Part shown: positions 29,111 through 39,734 of the stretch, one piece after another
How positions within the stretch are numbered: the first letter of the stretch is position 1
How the letters are laid out: each line of letters starts with the position of its first letter
Virus record (IMG/VR): IMGVR_UViG_3300045988_123629
Direction: 5' to 3' (one strand)
DNA from: a virus
Length of the DNA stretch: 64,000 bases
The notes under the pieces: generated by a model
Database searches by the model: none
Seen by the model: the letters and a program-made list of their open reading frames with translations, nothing else
Told to the model about the DNA's origin: nothing
Program-made: the position numbers and the translations under genes

Positions 29111-30715
29111 TTAAAAAATCAAAGAAGGTCTTTGATTTGGGTTAGTGCCATTCACCCAAGAAATAAATTCCTCTTCATTAATGTCAAAGAGGTCTCTGCC
29201 CTTTTCCGTGAGAGTTTCTCCATCGACATAATAATTAGAGCGCCAACCGTCTCTTTCTTCTTCAATTTCACCAGTGAAGAAGGTTTTTACTTTTTTATCT
29301 CCACAACAATCCCAACAAATATCCGCATAGAATCCAACTGGCTTCTTTTGGAATCGAAGACGGATTTGCTTCATATCATCATAATCTTTACGAACTTCAC
29401 AACAAGGACAAACTTCTGTGCTTTCATCATAACAATAAGCGCAGTAAGTTTTTCCATCGACATTATAAGTGTCATCGACATAAACAATATCGCCACACTT
29501 ATCGCACTTTACTGCACCCGAGCAACTTGGACAGATAGTCATTTCCGCGTTATTCTCTCTATCATCGAAGAGAGAATCATCAAGAAGCTCTCCACAACAC
29601 ATACACTCAGATTCACCCGAGTAGTTAAGATCAATGTTTTCGTCCGTAGGAATCTTAGTGGAAACGTAAGCATTATGCTCTGAATAGATATCGTTATACA
29701 TGAAATTGGTATCAAGATTGAAATAAATATTTCTATCAAACTCACCAATAATATTATTACTGTAATTCTGAATCTTATTTAAATACTTGGTATAAGGACC
29801 AAAGCCAAGATTCTGTTCAGCGAGCTTCTTGATCCAAGCGAGACAAATACTTTCAAGGTTATCATTACAATAAGGATAACCCTTGATACCAAGGATAAGA
29901 CTTTCATCTACGATGAAAAGTTCACGCCAGCGCTTGCTATTCCACATCACAGGCTTACCAACCTTATAACAAATTTCCATGTCCTTATCAGATTTAAGAT
30001 AAGCTTCAAGGATAATGGGAGAATTCATCATCTCAACGGTTCCCTGACGATATTCGCCACCACCATTCTGCCATCTCATACAAGAATCCCAACCGCAATT
30101 ATTATCACTCATAGTGATATAATCAAGAGGATGAACAGAAAGACAAAGTTCACCAGAAATATTTTTCTGATTGAGGAACTGAGAATGAGCGATACGGAAC
30201 TTTTCATAAACATCGCGGTCAATCTCCAAAATATCACTCAGCTTACCAAGCATCTTACTAAGCTTCATGCCCTTATTAATCATAAGAGTTTTATTATTAT
30301 AAGTGAATTTAAAAGATTCACCATCATAGATGTTAGACATTAAAGGTTCAACATCCAAAAGACTTGCCAAATTAAGATACTGAGTATTAGAGATGGTTGT
30401 CCTGAGATAAAGATCTCTTACCTTATTATTAAAGGTATTTCGGAATTCGAAACCATCACCATTTCTACCGAAATAATCATAATAATCATCACTCATCTCT
30501 TCATAAGAACGAGAATAACTTACCTTACGAGAAATGATAAGATTATCTCCCAACATCTTATAAAGATTCTGCTTATTATAAGCCCAAAAGCGGAGAATGT
30601 AGTCGAGAGATGCCTTCATATCGGAACTATCTCCGCCGAGGCCCGCAAAATTACGAATATACTCTTCAATCTTTTCGCAATCTTCTTTGGAAAGGAGCTC
30701 AAATAAATTAGCCAT
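29111..30715 (-). CDS. Large hypothetical protein with a C-terminal multi-zinc-ribbon cluster. Paralogue of 25170-26603.
   Basis: 534-aa ORF. Shared core ELCLSVHPLDYITMSDNNCGWDSC...GGGEYRQG...WNSKRWREL. Many CxxC pairs (CMCCGE, CPSCSG, CDKCGD, CAYCYD, CPCCE, CWDCCGD). Confidence 0.5.
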   Translation of the reverse strand: MANLFELLSKEDCEKIEEYIRNFAGLGGDSSDMKASLDYILRFWAYNKQNLYKMLGDNLIISRKVSYSRSYEEMSDDYYDYFGRNGDGFEFRNTFNNKVRDLYLRTTISNTQYLNLASLLDVEPLMSNIYDGESFKFTYNNKTLMINKGMKLSKMLGKLSDILEIDRDVYEKFRIAHSQFLNQKNISGELCLSVHPLDYITMSDNNCGWDSCMRWQNGGGEYRQGTVEMMNSPIILEAYLKSDKDMEICYKVGKPVMWNSKRWRELFIVDESLILGIKGYPYCNDNLESICLAWIKKLAEQNLGFGPYTKYLNKIQNYSNNIIGEFDRNIYFNLDTNFMYNDIYSEHNAYVSTKIPTDENIDLNYSGESECMCCGELLDDSLFDDRENNAEMTICPSCSGAVKCDKCGDIVYVDDTYNVDGKTYCAYCYDESTEVCPCCEVRKDYDDMKQIRLRFQKKPVGFYADICWDCCGDKKVKTFFTGEIEEERDGWRSNYYVDGETLTEKGRDLFDINEEEFISWVNGTNPNQRPSLIF

Positions 30716-30844
30716 ATCTTATCAACCTCTTTTTAATATCTTTCTTAACTTTATATATATATTATAATATATTTTTTTATAAAAATAAAGAAAGCCCTTT
30801 GCGGTCAATCAAAGGGCTTTCTTGCGAAAGGGGTTTTATTATAT

Positions 30845-32209
30845 TTACTTACAAAGATTACCCATGAACATGAGCGGAAGAAGATCATCCGCGTTCTTGG
30901 AATCCTTCATAAGGAAATACATCATCATAGGATTCTTAGAGAAATCCATACCACTCTGACCACCCATCATAGAGAGCATCAGCATGGTGTTCATGTCGAA
31001 CTCACCACTATTCTCACTCATCATGAGGAAGGGAAGCATATTGCCGAACGGCGCATCCGGAGTGGGCGCATCAGAAGTCATGTTAAAGAGAGACACGACC
31101 TTCGTTGCGAAGTTGAAACCAAACGGAGACTTGGTAAGCAGAATCTTCTTCTCCTCACCGGCCTGCGGATCAATCGCAGTCATACCCGTTTCAGCAACCT
31201 CAGTCACAAACATCGCCTTGCGGTTGTGGATCACAATGTCGCCGACCTTAACGTCCTTGATGGCAACCGGCATCTTGTAAAGGAACTTACCGCCATCAAA
31301 GTTGAAGATATCGACGTCGATAATCTCCTTACTCTCAGGGTTGTAAGAAACCCAAGTGCCATTCGCGTTCTTCACGGCCAGGCCATACATAGACATACGA
31401 ATGTTATCAGTGGTGCAGGGGCCAAAATCAAAATTAAACGCCTTCATTTTCTTATTTCCTTTCTTATTATCAACATTATTGTTAAATGTATTTTGTTCGT
31501 TCAAAACTTTATTGATTTGATCATCAATATAATCGTTATCAATCATGGCACACTTATCTTTAATTGCGTCAATTTGACTACCACCGAGTGTAATTGTATC
31601 AGGGGCAGAAGCGAGAGTAGTAGCAAAAATTGCGTTAGAATCAATTGAAGCAACCTTTCCAGTCATGCAATCATCATCAGAGACTACTGTAATAGGTGTG
31701 GCATTTAACTCTCCAAGAATCTTCTGGGCTTCTTCATCAGAAATAGTATTCGCGCAAGAAAATTCTGTGCTCCATATTCCCTTGTCATACACTTTGATAT
31801 AATCAAGGTCATCGCGGGTTTTGCTTATATCGTTATTCTTTTCAACAGTCTTCTTTGCCCTACGCATCTTATATTCAAGAAACTTTTCCGAACATTCAAT
31901 CGCATAATCATTTGTAAAAATATTACAAACATTATCAACTAAGTATTCACCAAAAGAACCATCAATACCGTCAGCAAAGAAAGAATTCATAATATAAGTA
32001 TCAGGAAAAATATCAAAGAAAATTTTACCATTAAGGTCAGATTTGACAACAATCCTAACACTATTTTTAGTAGTCTTTAATTTACGCCAAAAGACGTAAT
32101 CAAGCTTATGATACTTACCATCTTGAACTGCTTGACTAAATTTATCTAAGACTTTATCAAAGACATTAGGTGGGAATTTATAAGTTCCCATTACATTAGA
32201 TTCAGCCAT
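30845..32209 (-). CDS. Hypothetical protein (454 aa) with an unusual Met-rich C-terminal tail.
   Basis: ORF from the track. The C-terminal 60 aa contain about 15 Met (MLPFLMMSENSGEFDMNTMLMLSMMGGQSGMDFSKNPMMMYFLM). Confidence 0.45.
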   Translation of the reverse strand: MAESNVMGTYKFPPNVFDKVLDKFSQAVQDGKYHKLDYVFWRKLKTTKNSVRIVVKSDLNGKIFFDIFPDTYIMNSFFADGIDGSFGEYLVDNVCNIFTNDYAIECSEKFLEYKMRRAKKTVEKNNDISKTRDDLDYIKVYDKGIWSTEFSCANTISDEEAQKILGELNATPITVVSDDDCMTGKVASIDSNAIFATTLASAPDTITLGGSQIDAIKDKCAMIDNDYIDDQINKVLNEQNTFNNNVDNKKGNKKMKAFNFDFGPCTTDNIRMSMYGLAVKNANGTWVSYNPESKEIIDVDIFNFDGGKFLYKMPVAIKDVKVGDIVIHNRKAMFVTEVAETGMTAIDPQAGEEKKILLTKSPFGFNFATKVVSLFNMTSDAPTPDAPFGNMLPFLMMSENSGEFDMNTMLMLSMMGGQSGMDFSKNPMMMYFLMKDSKNADDLLPLMFMGNLCK

Positions 32210-32362
32210 TTAGTCTCCTCTCCACTTCTCGTCGGATATATTCCATATCGCTGTCTGTTAGAGTGAGCTCAGTCTGGAAAGTCGTTGCACCAGCACTAAT
32301 TTCCTTGATAATTCTTTCAAGTTCCTCAGTGTGATTCGCATAACACATAAACAAATTATCCA

Positions 32363-32638
32363 TTACTCCATCCACTCCAATGTATCTTTATCGTCCCAGA
32401 AGAAATCAAACTCAGTATGAGCTTTGCCATCCTTATCTTTATTAATAAGAATATCCATCATATGAGCATGAATACCATCTTCGGGATAATCCATTTCCCA
32501 AATTTCACGAATCTTATAACGAGACTTGTGAGGAATAGCTAAATGGGTAATGAATTCCTCGGGAGTCCAAGTTTCAGTAGCCGTGCAAAACACCAAGCCA
32601 TAGCGCTCACTATGAATCGCGATTACTTTTTCAATCAT
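32363..32638 (-). CDS. Hypothetical protein (91 aa).
   Basis: ORF from the track. It is preceded by the next gene in the same orientation. Confidence 0.35.
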   Translation of the reverse strand: MIEKVIAIHSERYGLVFCTATETWTPEEFITHLAIPHKSRYKIREIWEMDYPEDGIHAHMMDILINKDKDGKAHTEFDFFWDDKDTLEWME

Positions 32639-32873
32639 TGTTATCCTCTCCTAATATATCGCAAATTGCCTGATGACTAAACGTAATCTTCGCTCCAAGG
32701 TAAGGAACTGTTTTATCATCAGCGATAATAATTTCCACAAAAGCAATATCGTATTTATAGAAATACACAATACGCTTAATTGCTTCCAAATAATCAGAGG
32801 CTACCATTACACCCTGAAAATCTTCTTTTTCTGGGTCTACTGCATGAACATGAGCTATGTAGTGATACTCCAT
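32631..32873 (-). CDS. Hypothetical protein (80 aa).
   Basis: ORF from the track. A consensus AT-rich-class promoter lies at 32907-32935 (rc TATAAT at 32907-32912, rc TTGACA at 32930-32935, 17-nt spacer). Confidence 0.4.
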   Translation of the reverse strand: MEYHYIAHVHAVDPEKEDFQGVMVASDYLEAIKRIVYFYKYDIAFVEIIIADDKTVPYLGAKITFSHQAICDILGEDNND

Positions 32874-32899
32874 AATAAATAACCTCTTTTCTTATTTTC

Positions 32900-32940
32900 T
32901 ATATATATTATATATTATTTTTTTAAAAATGTCAAAAAGA
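32900..32940 (-). promoter_or_regulatory. Representative promoter of the AT-rich class. TTGACA, a 17-nt A/T spacer, TATAAT, then ATATATAGAAAGTTAAGAAAGGAG RBS.
   Basis: The block cTTGACAttttt(a)n-TAATATATAATATATATAGAAAGTTAAGAAAGG recurs at about 11095, 12040, 14830, 19350, 20740, 20830, 21060, 21390, 27590, 29080, 30720, 32885, 33550, 36340, 37430, 40360, 43130 and 46110. Confidence 0.65.
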
Positions 32941-32942
32941 TC

Positions 32943-33227
32943 TTACCAACTACGACATACGAGAATACTTACATAGTCAGTATCACAAAAGACCTTACGA
33001 AGCTCGGCATAAACACGATTCGCGTTAGCAAAAATTTCGCGCTCATCTTCATCAACAAGAGATAAATCTTCATCATTGTTAATGAAATAAACTTCGGTAT
33101 AACTCCAATCACCAAGGATAATGTCTAAAACATCATCAATGTCATTCTCTGACCATTCAGGGAAAGTATCATGAAGCCAAATCCTAAATTGACTTCCATA
33201 TACAATAGGTTTCAAAGTATAATCCAT
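32943..33227 (-). CDS. Small acidic hypothetical protein. Tandem paralogue of 33260-33544.
   Basis: 94 aa. About 50 percent identical to the neighbouring gene (WLHDTFP.W.E.DI.DV...L.D...Y.E..FI.NDEDLS..DEDE.E.FAN.NRVYAELRK.FC.TDY). Confidence 0.45.
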   Translation of the reverse strand: MDYTLKPIVYGSQFRIWLHDTFPEWSENDIDDVLDIILGDWSYTEVYFINNDEDLSLVDEDEREIFANANRVYAELRKVFCDTDYVSILVCRSW

Positions 33228-33259
33228 AAAAAAAGTCCTCTCTTAACTTTCTACATTTT

Positions 33260-33544
33260 TTACCAATCGCAACATACAAGCAGGATCTTGTAATCGGTAT
33301 AGCAAAAGAATTTGCGGAGTTCCGCATAGACGCGATTTACATTGGCAAAGACTTCAAATTCATCTTCATCGCAGATAGATAGATCTTCGTCATTGCCAAT
33401 AAAACGAATTTCTACATAATTACCATAATCAAGAAGGAATTCCACCACATCATTTATATCATCCTCAGTCCAATCGGGGAAAGTGTCATGAAGCCATTCA
33501 ATGAACTGATCATGACGCACAACAGGCTTAGAAATATAAGTCAT
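33260..33544 (-). CDS. Small acidic hypothetical protein. Tandem paralogue of 32943-33227.
   Basis: 94 aa. See 32943-33227. Confidence 0.45.
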   Translation of the reverse strand: MTYISKPVVRHDQFIEWLHDTFPDWTEDDINDVVEFLLDYGNYVEIRFIGNDEDLSICDEDEFEVFANVNRVYAELRKFFCYTDYKILLVCCDW

Positions 33545-33627
33545 ATAAAAAAAAAGTCCTTTCTTAACTTTCTATAAATATTATATAATAATATTTATAA
33601 AAAATCAAAAAAGGACTTTTAATTTAT

Positions 33628-34299
33628 TTAATTATTGAATAAATCAGTATCAATAATGGCGAAATTCGCACGATGAATATATACTGCCTTACCATCAATC
33701 GTTAACTGAGTAGTCTTAGGAAGATTCTTCGGAATATTCCAAGAAATATTATCACCAGTAAACATACAAATGGGGTCGCCCATCTGAGACTGAATTACTA
33801 CAATCTTACTGCCGGTATCCGCATTGTTCAAATCCTTAGACTTCCAATACCACCAAGAAAGATCCCAATACTCATCCCAACTGCGGTCGGTAGGCGCGGA
33901 AATGCTGGCTCCATTGCCACTATTAGTCGAGGCTTCCGCGGGAATATCTACATCATACTGAGTGAGACGGCTATCCGCAAAAACAATAGTAGAACCGCAA
34001 CTCTCAATACTTTTGCCATCAATGTCAATGCTTACAACTGACGAAAGAGAATACGAACCAACCCAACTACCATCAGTAGTATAAGCCCATTCCTTTACCT
34101 TGTTAGGCTTAATGTCGAAGGTCTCGCCTTCACACCGAAGCCACTGGGCGCCGTGGTTATCATAGAAGGTAGCAAGGAAAGAAAGCTTAACATCGCCATC
34201 TTCTGGCTCGGCAGTGATTGTAGTTGTTTCTGGACTATCGCACGCGGTCAACGAAAGGCAAAGGATAATTGCAATAATACCACAAATAAATCTCTTCAT
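33628..34299 (-). CDS. Predicted lipoprotein. Candidate superinfection-exclusion or surface protein.
   Basis: N-terminus MKRFICGIIAIILCLSLTACDSPE. This is a hydrophobic signal followed by the lipobox L-T-A-C. Confidence 0.5.
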   Translation of the reverse strand: MKRFICGIIAIILCLSLTACDSPETTTITAEPEDGDVKLSFLATFYDNHGAQWLRCEGETFDIKPNKVKEWAYTTDGSWVGSYSLSSVVSIDIDGKSIESCGSTIVFADSRLTQYDVDIPAEASTNSGNGASISAPTDRSWDEYWDLSWWYWKSKDLNNADTGSKIVVIQSQMGDPICMFTGDNISWNIPKNLPKTTQLTIDGKAVYIHRANFAIIDTDLFNN

Positions 34300-34475
34300 A
34301 ATTTAATGCTCCTTTGGATTATTTTCCATATAATTTTTGATACGTTCACCATTAAACCGAGAAGGACATTTAAGACAAATATAACTATTATAATAGTCGC
34401 ACCAGTGCTTTTCTGTCCCATCAGGATTCAGAGTAGGATTCAGCGTATCATACGCACAATACATCTTATCAGTCA

Positions 34476-35195
34476 TTATTTTACCTCACTACATCTTGTT
34501 AATGTGTTAATCTTTACATTCTTACGAACATCTTGCGACTTCACAGTTCCACGAATGTGATAAGTATTTCCAATAGTCCAATCACTCTTGGAAGAAGTGA
34601 TCCACATAAACTGATTACCATCAACATCGCTCATAGAATAAGCAATGGTATGACCATATTTACTTTCAAGGGCGTGCTTGTCATCAATTTTCACAGTAAT
34701 CTCAATGCGGTCGCCGATGTTGCCGATCCACTGAGCCAAACTCTCATCATACACAAGGGCATCAACCGCGTGCTTTACCACTTCTTCACGATAAAGCTCG
34801 CCGTCCGCTCCGCCGACCTTATCCCAATCAAGACGAATCGGTTCAACATCTGCGGGAAGCGCAGGAATCTCATCACAAGAGCGGAAATACCAACCCCACA
34901 ACCGCGTATAGCGCGCAGAGCTCATCTTAAACCAATCGTTCTCTTCATCACAATTACCTTTGAAAATCGTGATGTAGCCCGCATCGCCAAACCCAAGAAC
35001 CTGACGATGCGGAGCCATCTTGGTTGCTACCTCTTGGGATTTTTCGGGGTAAAGTTTAGCATACTCCGCGTCTTCATACCAACGCACCTGACGAATAGTC
35101 CCGGTTTTCGGGTTCTTCACCTGGATATATTTCTTTCCCGCAGATACATACACGTCGCCAATGAATTCAAATTTTTGAAAACTCGGAGCTACCAT
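34476..35195 (-). CDS. Hypothetical protein (239 aa).
   Basis: ORF from the track. No confident motif. The C-terminal half is beta-rich. Confidence 0.35.
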   Translation of the reverse strand: MVAPSFQKFEFIGDVYVSAGKKYIQVKNPKTGTIRQVRWYEDAEYAKLYPEKSQEVATKMAPHRQVLGFGDAGYITIFKGNCDEENDWFKMSSARYTRLWGWYFRSCDEIPALPADVEPIRLDWDKVGGADGELYREEVVKHAVDALVYDESLAQWIGNIGDRIEITVKIDDKHALESKYGHTIAYSMSDVDGNQFMWITSSKSDWTIGNTYHIRGTVKSQDVRKNVKINTLTRCSEVK

Positions 35196-35198
35196 GCT

Positions 35199-35486
35199 TT
35201 ACACCTCCCACATACTAACTATGCTAAAATGTTTTTCATCCTCTAAAATATAAGCTTCAAGCGTTTCATATTTCTTAGAGTTATTATACTTATTATATAG
35301 CTCAAAAGAGCATTTCATACTATCAAAATAATCTTCAATGGATAAATCGTGATAAACACAAGACCAAAGAAAATCATCATAAGTTCTTTCTTCATAAAAA
35401 GAAAGAAGCATTTCATATGCATCTGAAAGATCACCGCAAGCTAAAACGGGGCGAAATTCATCACATACTAAGTGAACTCTTTTCAT
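35199..35486 (-). CDS. Hypothetical protein (95 aa).
   Basis: ORF from the track. It is contiguous with its neighbours. Confidence 0.3.
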   Translation of the reverse strand: MKRVHLVCDEFRPVLACGDLSDAYEMLLSFYEERTYDDFLWSCVYHDLSIEDYFDSMKCSFELYNKYNNSKKYETLEAYILEDEKHFSIVSMWEV

Positions 35487-35797
35487 AGGATTGTCTGCTC
35501 CTCAATATAATATTCATGGCTCTTAAACTGAATTGCGAAACCTTCGGTTGTGATATAGGGAGACTTCATGGCTTGAAGCTTGCTATACCAATCTTTCAAA
35601 CTGGCGACCTCAGCCCACCACTTTTCCGGTTCAATGGTAAGATAAGAGCTTGTGAACCGCACGGTATCACTAAGGAATCGCTCATACATTGCTTCCTCTT
35701 GGAGAGAAAGAACTGTCTCCTGAGCGTCATCAATAGTTTCTGTAAGAAGAACAATCTCCTCAGTCTCATTGTCTCTAATAGCGTAAATCGTTTTCAT
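35483..35797 (-). CDS. Hypothetical protein (104 aa).
   Basis: ORF from the track. Confidence 0.3.
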   Translation of the reverse strand: MKTIYAIRDNETEEIVLLTETIDDAQETVLSLQEEAMYERFLSDTVRFTSSYLTIEPEKWWAEVASLKDWYSKLQAMKSPYITTEGFAIQFKSHEYYIEEQTIL

Positions 35798-37520
35798 AAT
35801 TAAAACTCCTTATACTTTTCATATTCTTCTTCCGAGACTTCCTAAACATTGTATCCACATTCGGCAAGATAAGCGTCATACTCATCATAGAAGTCTTCTT
35901 CGCTTTGCTGATCCCACCACTCCATAGCGTCATCTTCAACACAAGATTCCGCATATTGTTCCATTTCTTTTTCCGTGCCTTTAAAGAAATGATCTATTGT
36001 TTCGCCACAATAGCAGGTATATGTTTGAATGTGATAAAATTTAACTTCCATATTAATCCTCCATCAAATAGTCAAATCCATAACCGCATAAACGACCTTC
36101 TTCAACCCAAGAGATGAAGCAAGCGCCACCTTTTTCATTAGGCCATTCAGAGCAAGAAAGATTCCATTGCTGAGACGCGGGCTTACTCTGGAAGTATTCA
36201 ATAATTTTATCAACCGCGATCTCGTCGCAAGTCATTACATCATAACCACCATGACCATACTCAACGCAAATATTCTCAATATCTTCTTCAATTTTAGAAT
36301 AAGGAATATTAACAGTGCCAAGCATAAGCATCTCTCCTTTTTTTATCTTCTCTTTAACTTTCTATAAATATTATAATATATTTTTTTATAAAAAATCAAT
36401 AAAACTCTTTTTTGGAGGTATCATACAATCAAGGATTCAGCGTATATAATATAGCCTATTCAAGTTTGTTAGCAGAACTATCATACCCACTTATAATCTA
36501 ACCTTATTGAATAGCACCCCTGAGCGGTATGGACTGAAACTTTATCCTATTGGGGAAGAGAATGCCCTTCCAGAGTTTTATATTAAGTATTGTGGATATC
36601 TACACAACAATACTCATCAATAAAGAGACTTCTACCGAGGTTCGCAAATTCGCAGTCAAGCTCACTAACGGAAAGCCCAGTGTTATCGCGGACGGGCCAA
36701 ACTTCCCATTCAATGCCTTCCTCTACCTCTTCTAAGTCGTAATCCTCAAAGGCATGACTATAACCGTCGATTACGTCATAAGCCATTCCTTTGCCAATAT
36801 CATCAGCTTCTGCGACACTATCAACCTCAAAGACACCACCAGTATTAATACCGTGGAGTCCGCAATAGACGCTTTCATAAGCATAAATCATTACAACCAT
36901 TAGATAGTCTCCTTATCAACTTCCATAATCTTTACATAGTAGTCGCCGTAGCCGTGAACGAAAAATCCATCAAACGAAGGCTTTTTGCAATATGAGATAG
37001 ATTTATTTTTTTCCCAACGCTCTTGCGCTTCCTTTTCTTTCTTTCGTCCTGCTTCAAAAGCCTTTTCCTCAGTAGAATAAAGGCTAAGCACCGCGGTATC
37101 ATCACCGCCAAAACTATCATAATGATAACAAAGAGCATAAACAGTCATTAATGACATACCTCCGTATAATAAGTTCCAAGAGAGCCATCTGCATTAATCC
37201 AAGAGACAATTAGCACGTAAACCATTTCGATGCCGATTGTATCAAAAACGCAGGGGATTTCAATGTTATACTCGCGGATTCGACCCTCACCCTTAGCCTT
37301 AGAGAAAAGAATCTCAACCGCGTTGGCGATATGAATGCCATCCTTAGAAACGAGCATTGCGTATTCATCATCTTCTGGATCAGTATACTTTCTACCAATT
37401 AGATCCCAAAGCTCTACATACATAATTTTCAATTCCTTTCTTAACTTTATATATATATTATATTATATTTTTTTATAAAAATAAAATAAGGACTTATGAA
37501 TTAACATAAGTCCTTATTGT

Positions 37521-38126
37521 TTAATACGCATTATCTGCTTCGCCGAGATAATACATAACTTCACCAACATCAGTAATTTTACCTTCAACAGTGATATAAG
37601 TTCCAATAGTAGTATTTTTAATAAACTCATATACATCAGAAGTTTTCTTCATCTTCCACTGAATTGTATTGGTAATAACAAAACTATCATCATCTTCGGC
37701 AATGGTAAAATATTTACCATCACTATCCACATTCCGCACATAGCCTGAAACGCGGATATATTGACCCTCATAATCTTCTGCTTGCATAGGGTAATTATCC
37801 ACAAGAGCGATCATATCACTAATATTTTCATTAGAATATTTATCTTCTTCACTCTTAGGCGCGGTTTCCTGTTCATCGATCTCTTCGATGGGATCATCCG
37901 AACTCTGAGACGAGGCTTCCGCGTTCTCTACAATTGGAGTGCGATATACAGTAGGTTCGGGATCGGGATTCCTAATGACATAATCAATCCCCGCAAAGAT
38001 GATAAGCACAAGGAGAATATGGAACCATGTCTTATCATAGAAAGGAACCTTTACATTGCCTCCACAAAACGGACAAATCTTTGACTTATCAGAAATGGGC
38101 TGACCGCAATGTTTACAAATAATCAT
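37521..38126 (-). CDS. Membrane-anchored protein. N-terminal zinc ribbon (CKHCG...CPFCGG), one TM helix, then a C-terminal OB-fold-like domain.
   Basis: ORF from the track. CxxC-x12-CxxC at the N-terminus. Hydrophobic segment WFHILLVLIIFAGIDYVI. Confidence 0.45.
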   Translation of the reverse strand: MIICKHCGQPISDKSKICPFCGGNVKVPFYDKTWFHILLVLIIFAGIDYVIRNPDPEPTVYRTPIVENAEASSQSSDDPIEEIDEQETAPKSEEDKYSNENISDMIALVDNYPMQAEDYEGQYIRVSGYVRNVDSDGKYFTIAEDDDSFVITNTIQWKMKKTSDVYEFIKNTTIGTYITVEGKITDVGEVMYYLGEADNAY

Positions 38127-38137
38127 TTTTATTCTCC

Positions 38138-38542
38138 TTATTTTAGCTCAATAAATTCAAGCCGATCAACATATTCTCCGGCATAGATCTTCAACCAAGG
38201 GTTCGCGCGATTAGATTTTGCGCCCGCAAGGTCTTCATTATATTCCTGAATTTCTTTATAAAGTTCAGTTGCGCCAAGGTTGTTATCATTATCGGTATAA
38301 TCCTGTTCGAGTCGCCATTCAAGAGCTTCTCGACGAGTTGTATATTTCTCATAAAGAGCATCACTGTATACATTTTCATTGATAATCACAATAGTAGAAA
38401 ATACCATTACGATTCCAAAGATAACGGTGCCAGCGATGCCGACAATCGAAGTAAGACAACCAAGAGCAGAATATTTATCAAAACCCCAAATTGCGAGAGC
38501 AATAAAGCCCGCAAACGCAAGAATAAAAACTACATAAAGCAT
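38138..38542 (-). CDS. Membrane protein (two TM helices).
   Basis: ORF from the track. N-terminus MLYVVFILAFAGFIALAIW and a second TM helix VGIAGTVIFGIVMVFSTIVI. Confidence 0.4.
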   Translation of the reverse strand: MLYVVFILAFAGFIALAIWGFDKYSALGCLTSIVGIAGTVIFGIVMVFSTIVIINENVYSDALYEKYTTRREALEWRLEQDYTDNDNNLGATELYKEIQEYNEDLAGAKSNRANPWLKIYAGEYVDRLEFIELK

Positions 38543-38999
38543 AACTATTTTCTCCTTAATGAATAAAATATTGAATTACTCCATATACTCCTGATATGAT
38601 TGGGAGTGTAGAAATTATAAGTAATAAGCTTCCAGTAATGACACAAGTGTCAATTAAAAACGTATCTTCGGGAGCACTTGCGCCGTCAGCAAGCTTGAAG
38701 ATACATAAGGCAAGCCTTGCTATAATTAATCCAAGAATAATTTCTACAATAAACTCTACCATATATCCTCCTCCTCCTTAATCTAAGTCATCGAACAAAA
38801 CGGATAAAATGCCAAGAGCGCAAAAACAAAGAATGATTGCTTTAAGCATAAAAGACTGACTGAATGAAACCGGCAAACAGGCAAAGCAACATGCCCATAC
38901 CGCAGTAATAATACTTCTCATTAAGAGACATAGTATTATCATCCAGCAAATCCATATACATAAAGCCGAAAAATACTAATATAATAAATAGCATAATAA

Positions 39000-39734
39000 T
39001 CATTTCTCCCATATCTTTTTACCTCCTCGCTTCTGTTTTCTCTTGGTCGCGGTGTCGATTGTTTTTCTGTGGACGCTCCCGATCTTTGCGGTTGGACCAT
39101 TTTTCATGAACTGGTTTAGATTCAAAGGAGCGGGGCCAAACACATCTACACAAACATTCTTGTGATAGATGTCCGTCTCTTTATGATTGTGGTCGTGGCC
39201 GTGAAGATCGAGAGCCCAGTCCTGCTTAATCGGTTCGTGAGAAAGCATAAGTTTCTCACCAATGATGAGCGCGCCATCATATACTTCGTCAAAAAGACCG
39301 TTGTCCGCGGTAATCTCCCAATATTCAAAGGGAGTGTGGAAATCAAATCCTGAATCAATAGAATACTTGCAATCAGGATAAAGACGCTTCATTTCCATAA
39401 GCGCTTCGTCCTTTTGGTAGTAATCCATAGAGAACTTCTTCTTGACGATTTTGCGCTTATAGTTTTCAGATCCCGCATCATGGTTGCCCTTGATAAGAAC
39501 CTTATAACCGGCGCGCAGTTTCCGCACATAGGAGATCTTACCTACATCACCGAGGCAAATAAGCGTGTCTTTCCGACCGGCTTTGCTATTCAAAAGTTTT
39601 ACGAGGTCATCATCAGAAATGCGGTCGGGATGGCCAATCCGCAGGTCTGAATCGCCAAAATGCCAATCAGAGGATACCCAGACCGTCTGACCGCCCCAGC
39701 GCGTATTAAAGATTTCATAAAGTCCAGGAATCAT
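39000..39734 (-). CDS. Calcineurin-like metallophosphoesterase.
   Basis: Motifs in canonical order: SDWHFG (D-x-H), GDVG (GD) and GNHD (GNH[DE]). Downstream HGHDH and further H residues. 244 aa. Confidence 0.7.
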   Translation of the reverse strand: MIPGLYEIFNTRWGGQTVWVSSDWHFGDSDLRIGHPDRISDDDLVKLLNSKAGRKDTLICLGDVGKISYVRKLRAGYKVLIKGNHDAGSENYKRKIVKKKFSMDYYQKDEALMEMKRLYPDCKYSIDSGFDFHTPFEYWEITADNGLFDEVYDGALIIGEKLMLSHEPIKQDWALDLHGHDHNHKETDIYHKNVCVDVFGPAPLNLNQFMKNGPTAKIGSVHRKTIDTATKRKQKRGGKKIWEK

